The notes: a model not told the origin generated them from the letters alone. Shown: positions 20,252 to 30,841, numbered from the stretch's first letter. The stretch is DNA of 48,988 bases from an uncultured Flavobacteriales bacterium (GCA_913041085.1 CAJWHN010000004.1:1-48988); one strand, 5' to 3'. Numbers and translations are program-made.

Positions 20252-21418
20252 ATGAGTAAGCTAAAAAAATACATAAACTTAGAAGGCGATACTCGCATTT
20301 GGGGGGTTGTATTTTTTCTATCTATTGTATCTATTGTAGTCGTATATAGTGCAACGGGTGGTTTAGCATATACTTCTTATGGTGGTAACACCTGGCATTT
20401 GTTCTTCAAGCATTTCAAGTTTTTAATTGTTGGACTTGTATTAATGTATTTTGTTCATAAAGTGCCACATAAATATTTCTCTCGTTTAGGGCAGTTAGGG
20501 TTCATTATTGCCATACCTATACTTTTTTATACTGTTGCATTCGGCACATCTATGAACGATGCTAATCGTTGGATTACTATTGCTGATATGCCGATTAACA
20601 CTTTTGAAATTGGAAAAATTGCAATTACTATTTTTCTAGCTCGTCAATTGGTAAGATGTCAAAACGAACTTAGTGATTTAAAAACGGTTTCATGGAAATT
20701 ATTTGCTCCATTAGTATTGATTTGTGCTATTATTTTTCCAGCGAATTTATCAACTTCAGCGATGATATTTTTAGCAGGTCTTATGCTATTGTATCTTGGA
20801 GGTGTGCCATTTAAGTATTTGGCTTTATTGTTTGCGAGTATCCTCACATTAGGAGTCTTGGTTATCAGTTTATCCTTAACAGTCCCTGCCGTGCAAAAAA
20901 CATTCCCTAGAGCACAAACTTGGATCAATAGGATTGTTAATTTCTCTGAAAATAAGACAGTTAAAAGTGATGAAAATTATCAAGTAGCGCATGCCAAGGT
21001 TGCTATTGTAAACGGAGGAATAAAGGGTAGAGGACCAGGGAAAAGCACACAGCGTAATGTTTTGCCCTTACCTAATTCAGATTATGTTTATGCTATTCTA
21101 ATAGAAGAATGGGGTTTCTTAGGAGGTTTTGCAGTCGTCTTTTCCTATGTGGTTTTACTATTGCGGGGTAAACGGATTTTTAATTTAGCTAGTGATCCAT
21201 TAGCAGCCTATCTTGGGGTTGGTCTTAGTTTATCTATGGTTCTTCAAGCTTTTATAAATATGGCTGTTGCGGTTGATTTTTTCCCAGTAACAGGTCAAAC
21301 TTTGCCTTTGATAAGTATGGGTGGTGTATCGGTTATTTTTACTTGTATTTCATTAGGGGTAATTCTTAGTACCAGTCGAAGTGTTAACGTTTCTAAAATA
21401 AGTGCCAATGTCAGTTAG
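20252..21418 (+). CDS. ftsW: SEDS peptidoglycan polymerase FtsW
   Basis: Polytopic membrane protein with ANRWI, SDYVYAILIEEWG and PVTGQTLPLISMGG. Confidence 0.93.
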   Translation: MSKLKKYINLEGDTRIWGVVFFLSIVSIVVVYSATGGLAYTSYGGNTWHLFFKHFKFLIVGLVLMYFVHKVPHKYFSRLGQLGFIIAIPILFYTVAFGTSMNDANRWITIADMPINTFEIGKIAITIFLARQLVRCQNELSDLKTVSWKLFAPLVLICAIIFPANLSTSAMIFLAGLMLLYLGGVPFKYLALLFASILTLGVLVISLSLTVPAVQKTFPRAQTWINRIVNFSENKTVKSDENYQVAHAKVAIVNGGIKGRGPGKSTQRNVLPLPNSDYVYAILIEEWGFLGGFAVVFSYVVLLLRGKRIFNLASDPLAAYLGVGLSLSMVLQAFINMAVAVDFFPVTGQTLPLISMGGVSVIFTCISLGVILSTSRSVNVSKISANVS

Positions 21419-22508
21419 AGTTATTATAAGTGGCGGTGGCACAGGGGGACATATATTCCCTGCAATTTCTATTGCTAATGAGTTGAAGAAAAGAGTCAAG
21501 GATATCGATATTTTATTTGTTGGTGCTAAAGGCCGTATGGAAATGGAAAAAGTCCCTAAGGCTGGTTACTCTATCAAGGGGCTTAACATTAGTGGATTGC
21601 AAAGGAGTTGGAAAGATGCTAGAAACATATGGTTTCCTTTTAAATTGATTTCTAGTCTATTCAAGTCGTATTGGATTATTAAAAAATACAAACCCTCTAT
21701 TGTCTTGGGTACGGGTGGTTATGCCAGTGGACCTCTATTATTTGTAGCCTCTAAACTCTCTGTTCCTGCCCTCATACAAGAACAAAACTCTTATCCAGGC
21801 ATTACAAACAAATTATTGTCGAAATCGGTTCAAAAAATATGTGTTTCATTCGATAAGATGGAGCGCTTCTTCCCTAAATCTAAACTGATGAAGTTGGGCA
21901 ATCCTGTTCGTCAAGATTTACTTAATTCTGCAGATAAAAAGACAGAAGCCGTCAAGCATTTCAATTTAGACTCTAGTCGTAAAACGATATTGGTAGTTGG
22001 GGGTAGTCTTGGGGCAAGAACAATTAACCATTCCATAGCCGAGCTTGTTCAGCAATTCGAAGAAAAAAACATTCAACTTATTTGGCAGACAGGTCTTTCT
22101 TATGAAAGTGATGCCAAGGATTTGTGTCAATCTCTTTCTAATGTACAAGCCCATGCATTTATTTACAATATGGATTTAGCATATAGCGCTGCTGACATAA
22201 TTATTTCAAGAGCTGGCGCTAGTACAATTTCGGAGCTTTGTATTATCGGTAAACCAGCCCTATTAATTCCATCTCCAAATGTAGCAGAAGACCATCAGAC
22301 CAAAAATGCAATGGCTTTAATTGAAAAAAATGCTGCCCTGATGGTTAAGGATAGCGAAGCACAAGAGCAATTAGGTCAAGTTATCTTCGATTTATTAGAA
22401 AATGAAAACACTCAACAAAACTTAGGAGACAATATTAAAGAGTTAGCCATGCCAAATTCAGCAAAACATATTGTTGATGAGGTGTTAAAATTATTACAAG
22501 AAAAATGA
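21408..22508 (+). CDS. murG: lipid II GlcNAc transferase
   Basis: GGGTGGHIFP, GTGGY, EQNS, GNPVR, GGSLGA, SRAGA and HQTKNA. Confidence 0.97.
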   Translation: MSVRVIISGGGTGGHIFPAISIANELKKRVKDIDILFVGAKGRMEMEKVPKAGYSIKGLNISGLQRSWKDARNIWFPFKLISSLFKSYWIIKKYKPSIVLGTGGYASGPLLFVASKLSVPALIQEQNSYPGITNKLLSKSVQKICVSFDKMERFFPKSKLMKLGNPVRQDLLNSADKKTEAVKHFNLDSSRKTILVVGGSLGARTINHSIAELVQQFEEKNIQLIWQTGLSYESDAKDLCQSLSNVQAHAFIYNMDLAYSAADIIISRAGASTISELCIIGKPALLIPSPNVAEDHQTKNAMALIEKNAALMVKDSEAQEQLGQVIFDLLENENTQQNLGDNIKELAMPNSAKHIVDEVLKLLQEK

Positions 22509-23908
22509 ATATTAAGTTAGTCGAACATATATACTTTGTAGGGATTGGAGGTATAGGTATGTCAGCTTTAGCACGATATTGCAACGCTAAAGGCAAGAAA
22601 GTTAGCGGATACGATAAAACACCATCCCCTATTACCGATGCATTAACAGCAGAAGGTATAAGTTTACATTTTGATGAAAATCATATTCCTAAGTATATAA
22701 AAGATGCTGATTTTCAATCAGTCCTTATAGTTTATACTCCTGCAGTAAGTCAAGACAGTCCACAGCTAACTTCTTTTGCATCTAAAAAATGGACTGTTCT
22801 AAAACGAGCTGAGTTATTGGGGGTAATTACAGAAGACGCTTACACAATAGCAGTTGCTGGTACTCATGGCAAGACAACCACTTCTTGTATTTTAGCCCAT
22901 ATACTTAAGTATTCTGATATCTATTGCACAGCATTCTTAGGAGGTATTAGCAGTAATTACAATACTAACCTAATTCTTTCCGAATCAGGTGATATTGTTG
23001 TTGTGGAGGCCGATGAATACGACCGTTCTTTCTTAAAGCTATCTGCTGATATTTCAATCATCACATCTCTTGATGCCGATCATTTAGACATCTACAACGA
23101 TGTTGATGATATGAAGAATACATTTAAAGTGTTTGCATCAAATACTAAGCAGAATGGTATGCTGTTGGTAAACAAATCCATCGATGTTGATTTTGAAGCA
23201 CCCATAGATGGTAGCTTAATGACTTATTCTTCAAAAGTTAGAGCAGATAATATAGCCTTCAACTTACGAATTGAAGACGGCTCACAATATTTTGATGCTA
23301 ATTTTAAGGAGATTATGCCTGGTCAAGTATATGAATACGTGTTAAAAGATATTCAACTGCAATTGCCAGGAAAGCACAATGTAGAGAATGCTATTGCAGC
23401 TATTGTTGTAGCGTCTTCTTTAGGAGCTAAGCCAGAGAAAATAAAAGCTGCTATTAAAGATTTTAAAGGAGTAAAAAGAAGATACGATTTACATGCTAAG
23501 GGTAAGTATGTGTATATTGATGATTATGCCCACCACCCTGAAGAAATTAAAGCAACACTAGTAGCGACTAAAGAGATTTTTCCAGAAAAAAAGATAACGG
23601 TAGTATTTCAGCCTCATTTGTACTCAAGAACTAGAGATTTTGCCGCTGAATTTGGCGACTCTTTATCACTAGCAGATGAGGTGTTGTTGTTGGATATTTA
23701 TCCAGCAAGAGAAATGCCTATTGAAGGAGTAAATTCTGAAATGCTACTTACTCAAGTGGTAGATTGTGAAAAGTCCTTGCTTAAGAAATCCGATTTAGTT
23801 GAGGAATTAACTAACCCTAAAAGAGAACTTCTACTGACCCTAGGCGCCGGAGATATTGACCAATTCGTTGAACCATTAAAACACTATTACGTCAATGAAA
23901 TGGATTAA
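22505..23908 (+). CDS. murC: UDP-MurNAc--L-alanine ligase
   Basis: GIGGIGMSALA, AGTHGKTTT, EADEYD, DDYAHHP, FQPHLYSRT and GAGDI. Confidence 0.97.
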   Translation: MNIKLVEHIYFVGIGGIGMSALARYCNAKGKKVSGYDKTPSPITDALTAEGISLHFDENHIPKYIKDADFQSVLIVYTPAVSQDSPQLTSFASKKWTVLKRAELLGVITEDAYTIAVAGTHGKTTTSCILAHILKYSDIYCTAFLGGISSNYNTNLILSESGDIVVVEADEYDRSFLKLSADISIITSLDADHLDIYNDVDDMKNTFKVFASNTKQNGMLLVNKSIDVDFEAPIDGSLMTYSSKVRADNIAFNLRIEDGSQYFDANFKEIMPGQVYEYVLKDIQLQLPGKHNVENAIAAIVVASSLGAKPEKIKAAIKDFKGVKRRYDLHAKGKYVYIDDYAHHPEEIKATLVATKEIFPEKKITVVFQPHLYSRTRDFAAEFGDSLSLADEVLLLDIYPAREMPIEGVNSEMLLTQVVDCEKSLLKKSDLVEELTNPKRELLLTLGAGDIDQFVEPLKHYYVNEMD

Positions 23909-24620
23909 AATTATATCACAATTTTTATTTGTAGGAGGTATCATTTTTTTGTTAGCTTTTACCAATACCCGCTATAGCAATAATACCTGTATAGATTACC
24001 GTATAAATCTAGCTGACGAAAACACTTCACTAATAACTAGAGGTGAGATAATATTAATTATGGAGTCAATTCAAGATAGTATTGTAGGAATATCTATTAC
24101 CGAAGTACCTATCTATGAAATTGAGCGTAAAATAGAGAGTTTAAATGATGTGCAAAACGCTGAGGTTTACATCAATATGGAAGGAATGTTACATATAGAT
24201 GTTATTCAGAAAAAGGCTATTGTACGAATAAGTCCAAAAGAAGGTAAAGACTTTTATATGGATTCTGAAGGTTCAATCTTTGGATTGTCACATAACTACA
24301 CAGAACACCTTCTTATAGCTAATGGAAACATACAAGATAGCACAGATTACATGACTGTTTTGGACTTGGCAAAATACATATCTTCTGATAGCCTTTGGAA
24401 TGCTCAAATTGTACAGATTTATCTAAAAGACAATAAAGAAATAGAACTTGTACCTAGAGTAGGGAATCATACTATATTGTTAGGAGACATAACTAACTAT
24501 CAAGAGAAACTCAGCAAGCTCTACTTGTTTTATGAGAAAGGGGTTAATCAAGTTGGCTGGAATGATTATAAAGAAATTAACCTAAAATTTAGGAATCAAA
24601 TTGTTTGTGTAAAAAGATAA
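23895..24620 (+). CDS. ftsQ: cell division protein FtsQ/DivIB
   Basis: N-terminal TM, POTRA-like region and the Bacteroidota-type C-terminus (Y..INLKF.NQIVC); lies between murC and ftsA. Confidence 0.85.
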   Translation: MKWIKIISQFLFVGGIIFLLAFTNTRYSNNTCIDYRINLADENTSLITRGEIILIMESIQDSIVGISITEVPIYEIERKIESLNDVQNAEVYINMEGMLHIDVIQKKAIVRISPKEGKDFYMDSEGSIFGLSHNYTEHLLIANGNIQDSTDYMTVLDLAKYISSDSLWNAQIVQIYLKDNKEIELVPRVGNHTILLGDITNYQEKLSKLYLFYEKGVNQVGWNDYKEINLKFRNQIVCVKR

Positions 24621-24622
24621 TT

Positions 24623-25891
24623 ATGGAAAACAATACAAAAATAGCAGTCGGTTTAGATATTGGTACAACCAAAATCACAGTCATCGTTGGTCAAAAAAAT
24701 GAACACGGAAAGATTGAAATACTTGGAATGGGTAAAGCCCCGTCAACAGGTGTTATGCGTGGGATAGTTGCCAATATTGATAAAACTACACAGTCTATCA
24801 ACAAAGCCTTAGAAGAGGCTATAACTTCTTCTGGTATGCAAGTTAAGAATGTCAATGTTGGTATTGCTGGACAGCACATCAAAAGTTTACAGCATCGAGG
24901 GCAATTAGTTAGAGAAAATTTAGAAACTGAAATTAACGATGCCGATATAGATAAGTTGATGCAAAATATGTATAAACTTGTTATGGTGCCTGGTGAAGAA
25001 ATCATTCACGTAATACCTCAAGAATACATAGTTGATAAACAGGATAACTTCCCTGACCCTCGTGGTATGGTAGGTGTTCAGTTAGAAGCCAATTTTCATA
25101 TTATAACGGGGCAGACTGCTGCGATTTCAAATATCAAGAAATGTGTTAATAATGCTAGTCTAGCTATGACAGGATTGACGCTTGAGCCTTTAGCCTCAGC
25201 AACCTCTGTTCTTGACCATCAAGAATTAGAAGCTGGTGTAGCTTTAGTAGATATAGGTGGAGGAACAACCGATGTAGCAATTTTTAAAGATGGCATCATA
25301 CGTCATACAGCCGTAATCCCGTTTGGTGGCAATATTATTACTCAAGACATAAAGGAAGGTTGTTCAATACTAGAAAACCAAGCTGAGCTTTTAAAAATAA
25401 AGTTTGGTTCAGCCTTGGCAAGTCAAAATAAAGAAAATGAAATCGTTTCAATTCCTGGTCTAAGAGGTAGAGACCCTAAAGAAATATCCTTAAAAAATCT
25501 AGCTAATATCATTCAAGCTAGAGTAGAAGAAATTATAGAATTAGTACATCACGAAATCAAAAATTCTGGTTACGAAAATAAACTCATTACGGGCATAGTG
25601 CTTACAGGTGGTGGTAGTCAGCTCAAGCACATAGGTCAATTGGTTGAGTTTCATACTGGTATTGAATGTAGAATAGGATATCCTAATGAACACATTGCCT
25701 CTACTTCACCAATTGATGTAAGTAGTCCAATGTATGCTACTGGAGTAGGATTAGTGATGAAATTTTTAGAAGAAGAAAATGGCGATGAATTGAGGAGTGT
25801 CCAAAAAGTCGGAACATCTAACGCTGGTTTGGGTGATTTTTTCAAAAAAATGCTCGATAAAATCGACAAATATTTAACAAATGATGAATAA
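24623..25891 (+). CDS. ftsA: cell division protein FtsA
   Basis: GLDIGTTKI, VDIGGGTTD, VLTGGGSQL and a C-terminal amphipathic helix. Confidence 0.97.
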   Translation: MENNTKIAVGLDIGTTKITVIVGQKNEHGKIEILGMGKAPSTGVMRGIVANIDKTTQSINKALEEAITSSGMQVKNVNVGIAGQHIKSLQHRGQLVRENLETEINDADIDKLMQNMYKLVMVPGEEIIHVIPQEYIVDKQDNFPDPRGMVGVQLEANFHIITGQTAAISNIKKCVNNASLAMTGLTLEPLASATSVLDHQELEAGVALVDIGGGTTDVAIFKDGIIRHTAVIPFGGNIITQDIKEGCSILENQAELLKIKFGSALASQNKENEIVSIPGLRGRDPKEISLKNLANIIQARVEEIIELVHHEIKNSGYENKLITGIVLTGGGSQLKHIGQLVEFHTGIECRIGYPNEHIASTSPIDVSSPMYATGVGLVMKFLEEENGDELRSVQKVGTSNAGLGDFFKKMLDKIDKYLTNDE

Positions 25892-25922
25892 ACTGAACTA
25901 TTAATAACTAATAATTAAAACA

Positions 25923-27608
25923 ATGACAAACGAAAGCGTATTAGCATTCGATCTACCAAAAAACCAATCTTCAGTTATCAAGGTAATTGGAGTAGGTGGA
26001 GGTGGAAGTAATGCTGTAAACTACATGTACGAAAATGGTATTGATGGCGTAGATTTTGCGGTTTGTAATACAGATTTACAAGCCTTAGAAGCTAGCCCAA
26101 TAACCACAAAAATTCAAATAGGTGCCGAAATAACAGAAGGACTTGGTGCTGGTGCCAATCCTGAAGTTGGTCGCCAAGCTGCAGAAGAAAGTATCGAACG
26201 TATTGAAGAACTGCTGGAAAGCAATACCAAGATGCTATTTATCACTGCTGGTATGGGCGGTGGAACAGGAACAGGTGCTGCGCCTGTAATTGCTCGAGCT
26301 GCTCGTGAAAAGGAAATATTAACGGTAGGTGTTGTTACTGTTCCATTTTGGACTGAAGGAGGACACAGAAAAAAGTATGCCGAAAAAGGTTTGGAAGACT
26401 TGAGGGCAAATGTTGACACTCTATTAGTAATTAATAATGATAGACTCATTGAAGTATATGGCGATTTGACTTTAAGTCAAGCCTTTGCCAAAGCCAATGA
26501 AGTCTTGAATACTGCTACAAAAGGTATTGCAGAGGTTATTTCTCAAACATTGATGGTAAATATTGACCTTAACGATGCTAAGCGTGTACTAAAAGATAGT
26601 GGTAGCGCTGTTATGGGACAGGCTTATGCATCTGGTGAAAACCGTGCTATTGATGCTATTGAGGCAGCCTTAGATTCACCGTTATTACACGACAATAACA
26701 TCAAAGGTGCTCAGCAGGTTCTATTGAAAATAGTTACAGGTTCTGGTGAGAAAGAGATTAGAATGACAGAGTTGTTCAGTATCAAAAAACACATACAAGA
26801 TGTTGCAGGTTCTGATGTCAATATTATTGAAGGAATCGGTGTTGAAGAAGGAATGGACGATGAAATAAGCGTAACAGTTATTGCAACTGGTTTTAAGGTC
26901 AATAAAAACATTGGACCAGCTAAACCGATAACTCCTAAAATCTATGAGTTAGATAAAGACGAGCAAATTGAAGAAGTTACAACAGAAGAACAAAGTGTTG
27001 AGCTTAGTTCAGAAGATACTGAAACTGTTGATTCTTTCGAGTCTATATTTGATACTAGAACTGATGAATCTAATGAGCAACCACAAGGAACTTTGAATTT
27101 TAATACGGAAGAAGAATCACCTGTTTTGAATTTTGAGCTCGAAGAAGAAGGTTCTGAAGAAGGCCCTATAGACTTTCCAATTGCTGTTGAAAATGTTCAG
27201 CAAGAAGAATCTATCAATTTGACGAGTGAAAATGTAGATGACAATGACGAAGTAGTAGTTCATACTTTAGAATTGGAAGAAGAATCTCCAGAAGATGTAA
27301 TTACAGATTTAAAAGATGATATGGAAAAGGAAGAATTCACTCAAATAAATCATGGTATTTCTGCTGAGCAAATGGCTTTAAGAAGTCGTCAGCGTATGGA
27401 AAGGCTTAGAGAAATAACGGTAAAATTACGCACGCCTTCTGGACTTACAGACTTAGAAAGCGAACCAGCTTATAAAAGAAGAGAAGTTGAGTTAGATGAC
27501 GTAGCACACTCTTCAGAGTCCGACAATTCCTCTTACGTATTAGGAGAAGACGATGATAAAAATGTAGGACTTAAGCCAAATAATTTTTTGCACGATAACG
27601 TTGACTAA
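25923..27608 (+). CDS. ftsZ: cell division protein FtsZ
   Basis: GVGGGGSNAV, GLGAGANP, tubulin signature GMGGGTGTG, a long acidic linker and the C-terminal NNFLHDNVD. Confidence 0.98.
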   Translation: MTNESVLAFDLPKNQSSVIKVIGVGGGGSNAVNYMYENGIDGVDFAVCNTDLQALEASPITTKIQIGAEITEGLGAGANPEVGRQAAEESIERIEELLESNTKMLFITAGMGGGTGTGAAPVIARAAREKEILTVGVVTVPFWTEGGHRKKYAEKGLEDLRANVDTLLVINNDRLIEVYGDLTLSQAFAKANEVLNTATKGIAEVISQTLMVNIDLNDAKRVLKDSGSAVMGQAYASGENRAIDAIEAALDSPLLHDNNIKGAQQVLLKIVTGSGEKEIRMTELFSIKKHIQDVAGSDVNIIEGIGVEEGMDDEISVTVIATGFKVNKNIGPAKPITPKIYELDKDEQIEEVTTEEQSVELSSEDTETVDSFESIFDTRTDESNEQPQGTLNFNTEEESPVLNFELEEEGSEEGPIDFPIAVENVQQEESINLTSENVDDNDEVVVHTLELEEESPEDVITDLKDDMEKEEFTQINHGISAEQMALRSRQRMERLREITVKLRTPSGLTDLESEPAYKRREVELDDVAHSSESDNSSYVLGEDDDKNVGLKPNNFLHDNVD

Positions 27609-27610
27609 TT

Positions 27611-28045
27611 ATGGATATTAATCAATTAATAAAGGAAGCAATGTTGGCTAAAGATTCGGTACGCTTGTCATCTTTAAGAGCTATAAAGTCAGCTTTTTTA
27701 GTGGCGCAAACCGAAAAAGGTGCTGGCGAACTTGATGATGCTGCTAAGCAGAAAATCATACAAAAGCAAGTCAAGCAAAGAAAAGATGCAGCCGCCATTT
27801 ATTTGGAGCAAAATCGACAAGATTTAGCCGATGATGAGTTGGCACAAGTTGCTATACTCGAAGAATTCCTTCCAGAGCAGTTAAGTGAAGATAAAATTCG
27901 AGAAGTCGTTACTGCTATAATAGCTCAAGTAGGAGCTAGCAGTATGGCTGATATGGGTAAAGTTATGGGCTCAGCCAACCAGCAGTTGGCAGGTAAAGCC
28001 GACGGCAAACTCATTGCACAAATTGTAAAATCACTATTGTCATAG
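27611..28045 (+). CDS. GatB/YqeY domain protein
   Basis: IKEAMLAKD..RL..LRAIKS, KQRKDA..Y...R.DLA, LP.QLS and DMGKVMG. Confidence 0.92.
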   Translation: MDINQLIKEAMLAKDSVRLSSLRAIKSAFLVAQTEKGAGELDDAAKQKIIQKQVKQRKDAAAIYLEQNRQDLADDELAQVAILEEFLPEQLSEDKIREVVTAIIAQVGASSMADMGKVMGSANQQLAGKADGKLIAQIVKSLLS

Positions 28046-28064
28046 TAAAAATTAATGTTCAGTT

Positions 28065-28097
28065 AAAAAGCCTCAACATATTGTTGGGGCTTTTTTT
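28065..28097 (+). terminator. intrinsic terminator ending the dcw-yqeY transcript
   Basis: AAAAAGCCTCAACA-tat-TGTTGGGGC followed by T7: a stem with one G-U pair and a U-tract. Confidence 0.85.
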
Positions 28098-28128
28098 ATT
28101 ATATTTTAACTTTTAAACCCATAATACC

Positions 28129-28535
28129 ATGAACAAGACACTTATAATAATTCTGTCTATTACCTTTTTTTCAAATTTTTCCTATTCTTCATCTCTTAGC
28201 AATGTAATTTTTATAAATAACGACTCTGTATATGAACAGGTTGATGTATTTCCAGAGTTCGTGGGGGTGTGGATGCTATGACAAGTTATATCCAAGAGCG
28301 TATGGTTTATCCTAAAGAAGCTATAGCTAACAAAGAAACAGCTCGAGTTTTTGTCTAATTTGTTGTCGATAAATCGGGTAGTGTTAAAGACGTGCAATTG
28401 AAAAGGCAAGAAAAAAAATACTTTGATGATGAAGCAATAAGAGTTGTTTCAGAAATGCCTAAATGGAAAGCGGGATTGTTGAACTGGAAATACGTGAATA
28501 CTAGATTATTCCTGCCTATTGTTTTTAAACTATAA
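28129..28535 (+). pseudogene. TonB C-terminal domain protein, frameshifted and with an internal stop
   Basis: MNKTLIIILSITFF...VYEQVDVFPEFVG, then a 1-nt loss at the G5 run 28263-28267, then GVDAMTSYIQERMVYPKEA...RVFV*FVVDKSGSV...DDEAIRVVSEMPKWKAG...LPIVFKL*. Internal TAA at 28356-28358. Confidence 0.88.
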
Positions 28536-28536
28536 A

Positions 28537-29088
28537 TCACTTCCATTCCCAGCTTTCAATAAGTCGATATATATCGTCTTTTATGAAATTGGTAATTGGA
28601 GTTATGGAGTCGTTTTGAGCTGAATTAAAGTATAAAGCACCTCTTACAAAATGATTTAAACTGTCGGTTAAGTAAAACTGCATAGGTGTTGCTGTACTTC
28701 CTTGAAAAGTATAAACCATACCATACACCTTTAAGGAATCTTTAATAAAGACTTGTTCGCTAATAGCTTCTGCAATTTGGGCATGTTTGTAGGCAAGTAG
28801 TCTGCTATCTTCTGTATATTTATTCAAATCACGCTTAAGGTGTTTATAGCTCATATGTACTTTGCCATTGAAGTTATTAAATTCTAAATCAAACCAACAT
28901 TTATTTTCGTATTTAAAATTGATGTTACTGTAATCGGGTTGCTGAAAACTATATGGACAACTACTTTCAAATAATGTTGTGCTTTGCTCAGGCAAATCCA
29001 CTCTAGAATACCCCCAAGGTTTAGGAGTGTAGTCATTGTTACAAGCAATAAAGATTAAAGCACAAAAAAGGTAAAGTTTATTGCTCAT
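28537..29088 (-). CDS. gldD: gliding motility lipoprotein GldD
   Basis: Lipobox FIAC, PKP.GY.R.D.P, CPYSF and QFYLTDS..HF.RGALYF; downstream of gldE. Confidence 0.93.
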   Translation of the reverse strand: MSNKLYLFCALIFIACNNDYTPKPWGYSRVDLPEQSTTLFESSCPYSFQQPDYSNINFKYENKCWFDLEFNNFNGKVHMSYKHLKRDLNKYTEDSRLLAYKHAQIAEAISEQVFIKDSLKVYGMVYTFQGSTATPMQFYLTDSLNHFVRGALYFNSAQNDSITPITNFIKDDIYRLIESWEWK

Positions 29089-30394
29089 TAATAGTAACTT
29101 TTATTCGTTTAACTCTTGTTTTATCTACAGATTCTATTGTAAAAGAATATTGCTCATAGTTCAGTATCTCTCCATTTTCAGGTATGTTTCCTTTCATTTC
29201 AAGTATTAGTCCAGCAAGGGTGTCGGATTCTCCTTTAATAGGATCAAAAAAGTCGATTTCTCCATCTATAGTCTTTAGTACGTCATTCAAAGATGTCTTG
29301 CCTTCAAAAATATAATTAGAGCTGTCTAGTTTAGAGAATTGTATACCATCATCATCAAATTCATCGTTTATATCTCCTACAATTTCTTCAATAATATCTT
29401 CGAGTGTAACTATCCCTGAAGTGCCTCCATATTCATCAACTACAATGGCTAGATGTATTTTTTTCTCTTGAAATTCTCGCATTAAATCATCAATCATTTT
29501 CCCCTCAGGAACAAAAAACGGAGTTCTTATTAAATTACTCCATTCAAAATCTGTATGATTTAGAAATGGTAATAAATCTTTGATATATAGTATGCCTATT
29601 ACTGTATCAAAATTCTCTCTGTAAACTGGAATTCTTGAATAGCCACTTGAAATAACTAATTTTTTGACAACTTCAAATGGGGTGTTTTGCTCAAGAGCAC
29701 TTACATCGACTCTTGATTTCATAATTTCTTTTACTTGAATATTGCCAAATTCAACGATACTTCTAAGAATTCTTTTTTCTTCTTCTTTGGTGTCATTCTC
29801 TCCTGCCAAATATAGTGCTGAAGACAAGTCATCAACAGATATTTGATAGCCCTTAGTGTTAAAACGTTTTTCGATTATAGATGTTGATGAAACAAGAAGT
29901 TGGCTAAGTGGTTTAAATAGAGTACTTAGTAAGCTTAATGGGCCACTCATTCTTTTAGCAAAGGTTAAAGTTTTTTGATTGGCATAAACTTTTGGAATGA
30001 CCTCACCTAACAAAAGTAATGCGAATGTGACAACAACTACTTGAATAACAAAGCTGAAAATTGGATGTTGAGTATAATCCAATAAACTATCGGTCATGTA
30101 GGTAGAGAGTATAATAATGGCTACATTGATAAAGTTGTTTGATATCAATATTGTTGCCAATAAATGATTGGGTTTCTGTAGTAGTTTTTTAATCTGCGTG
30201 AAACTTGTTTTGTCTTCTTCTTCCTTCCATTTCGAAGCGTCTAATGAAAAATAAGCTACTTCAGAACCTGATATCATTGCAGAGCAAAACAATAAGGATA
30301 ACATTGCTATACTTGCCAACAACAAGTTTAGGTCTATGCTATTAGTAGTTAAATTTTGTATTAAAAGAGTGAGTTGCTGAGGGTCTTCGTCCAA
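29078..30394 (-). CDS. gldE: gliding motility-associated GldE (CNNM/DUF21-CBS-CorC family)
   Basis: SAMISGSEVAYFSL, GEVIPK, CBS pair (SRIPVY, VVDEYGGTSG.VTLEDIIEEIVG) and a CorC C-terminal domain; TTG start; adjacent to gldD. Confidence 0.9.
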   Translation of the reverse strand: MDEDPQQLTLLIQNLTTNSIDLNLLLASIAMLSLLFCSAMISGSEVAYFSLDASKWKEEEDKTSFTQIKKLLQKPNHLLATILISNNFINVAIIILSTYMTDSLLDYTQHPIFSFVIQVVVVTFALLLLGEVIPKVYANQKTLTFAKRMSGPLSLLSTLFKPLSQLLVSSTSIIEKRFNTKGYQISVDDLSSALYLAGENDTKEEEKRILRSIVEFGNIQVKEIMKSRVDVSALEQNTPFEVVKKLVISSGYSRIPVYRENFDTVIGILYIKDLLPFLNHTDFEWSNLIRTPFFVPEGKMIDDLMREFQEKKIHLAIVVDEYGGTSGIVTLEDIIEEIVGDINDEFDDDGIQFSKLDSSNYIFEGKTSLNDVLKTIDGEIDFFDPIKGESDTLAGLILEMKGNIPENGEILNYEQYSFTIESVDKTRVKRIKVTINEQ

Positions 30395-30415
30395 AAGTAG
30401 GGTGTTTAGTTAGTC

Positions 30416-30841
30416 TTAAAACGGTAAATCGTCATCAGCTGACTCTTGAATTGGTGGTGTTGAATTGGTAGACGCTTCAGTTTCAGTACTTTCAACATTG
30501 TCCGACTTTTTACCTAACATTTCTAAACTGTCGCAAATAACTTCGGTAGTATATCGAGTTACTCCATCTTTATCTTCCCAAGAACGAGTACGCAGTCGCC
30601 CTTCTATATAGACGCTATTTCCTTTTTTGAGGTAGGGTTCTACCACTTTTGCCGCTAATCCACCTCGAGTAACAACAGTATGCCATTCGGTTTGAGTGAC
30701 TTTTTCGTTAGTGTCTTTTTTAGTGTATGTTTCGGAAGTTGCCAATGGGAATCTCGCCAAAGAGCCACCATTTTCGAAGTGTCTTACCTCGGGATCTTTA
30801 CCCAAGTTTCCAACTAAGATTACTTTATTTACGCTAGCCAT
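30416..30841 (-). CDS. ssb: single-stranded DNA-binding protein
   Basis: VNKVILVGNLGKDPE, TEWH, YIEGRLRTR.W and the C-terminal DDDLPF. Confidence 0.97.
   Translation of the reverse strand: MASVNKVILVGNLGKDPEVRHFENGGSLARFPLATSETYTKKDTNEKVTQTEWHTVVTRGGLAAKVVEPYLKKGNSVYIEGRLRTRSWEDKDGVTRYTTEVICDSLEMLGKKSDNVESTETEASTNSTPPIQESADDDLPF

Noticed and set aside
26900-27400. Long Glu/Asp-rich low-complexity region in FtsZ as an insertion or intein
   Set aside because: Long acidic linkers before the NNFLHDNVD-type tail are normal in Flavobacteriales FtsZ, and no intein or repeat motifs are present.
12471-28045. dcw cluster missing murF, ddl, murB and lpxC
   Set aside because: This reduced order ending in ftsZ-yqeY is usual for Bacteroidota; those genes are normally elsewhere.
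28263-28267. G5 run as a phase-variation switch for tonB
   Set aside because: The tract is too short, and a second downstream nonsense codon would still truncate the protein.
28182-28546. Minus-strand ORFs 28182-28409 and 28355-28546
   Set aside because: They are antisense shadows of the plus-strand TonB pseudogene, which explains the region far better.
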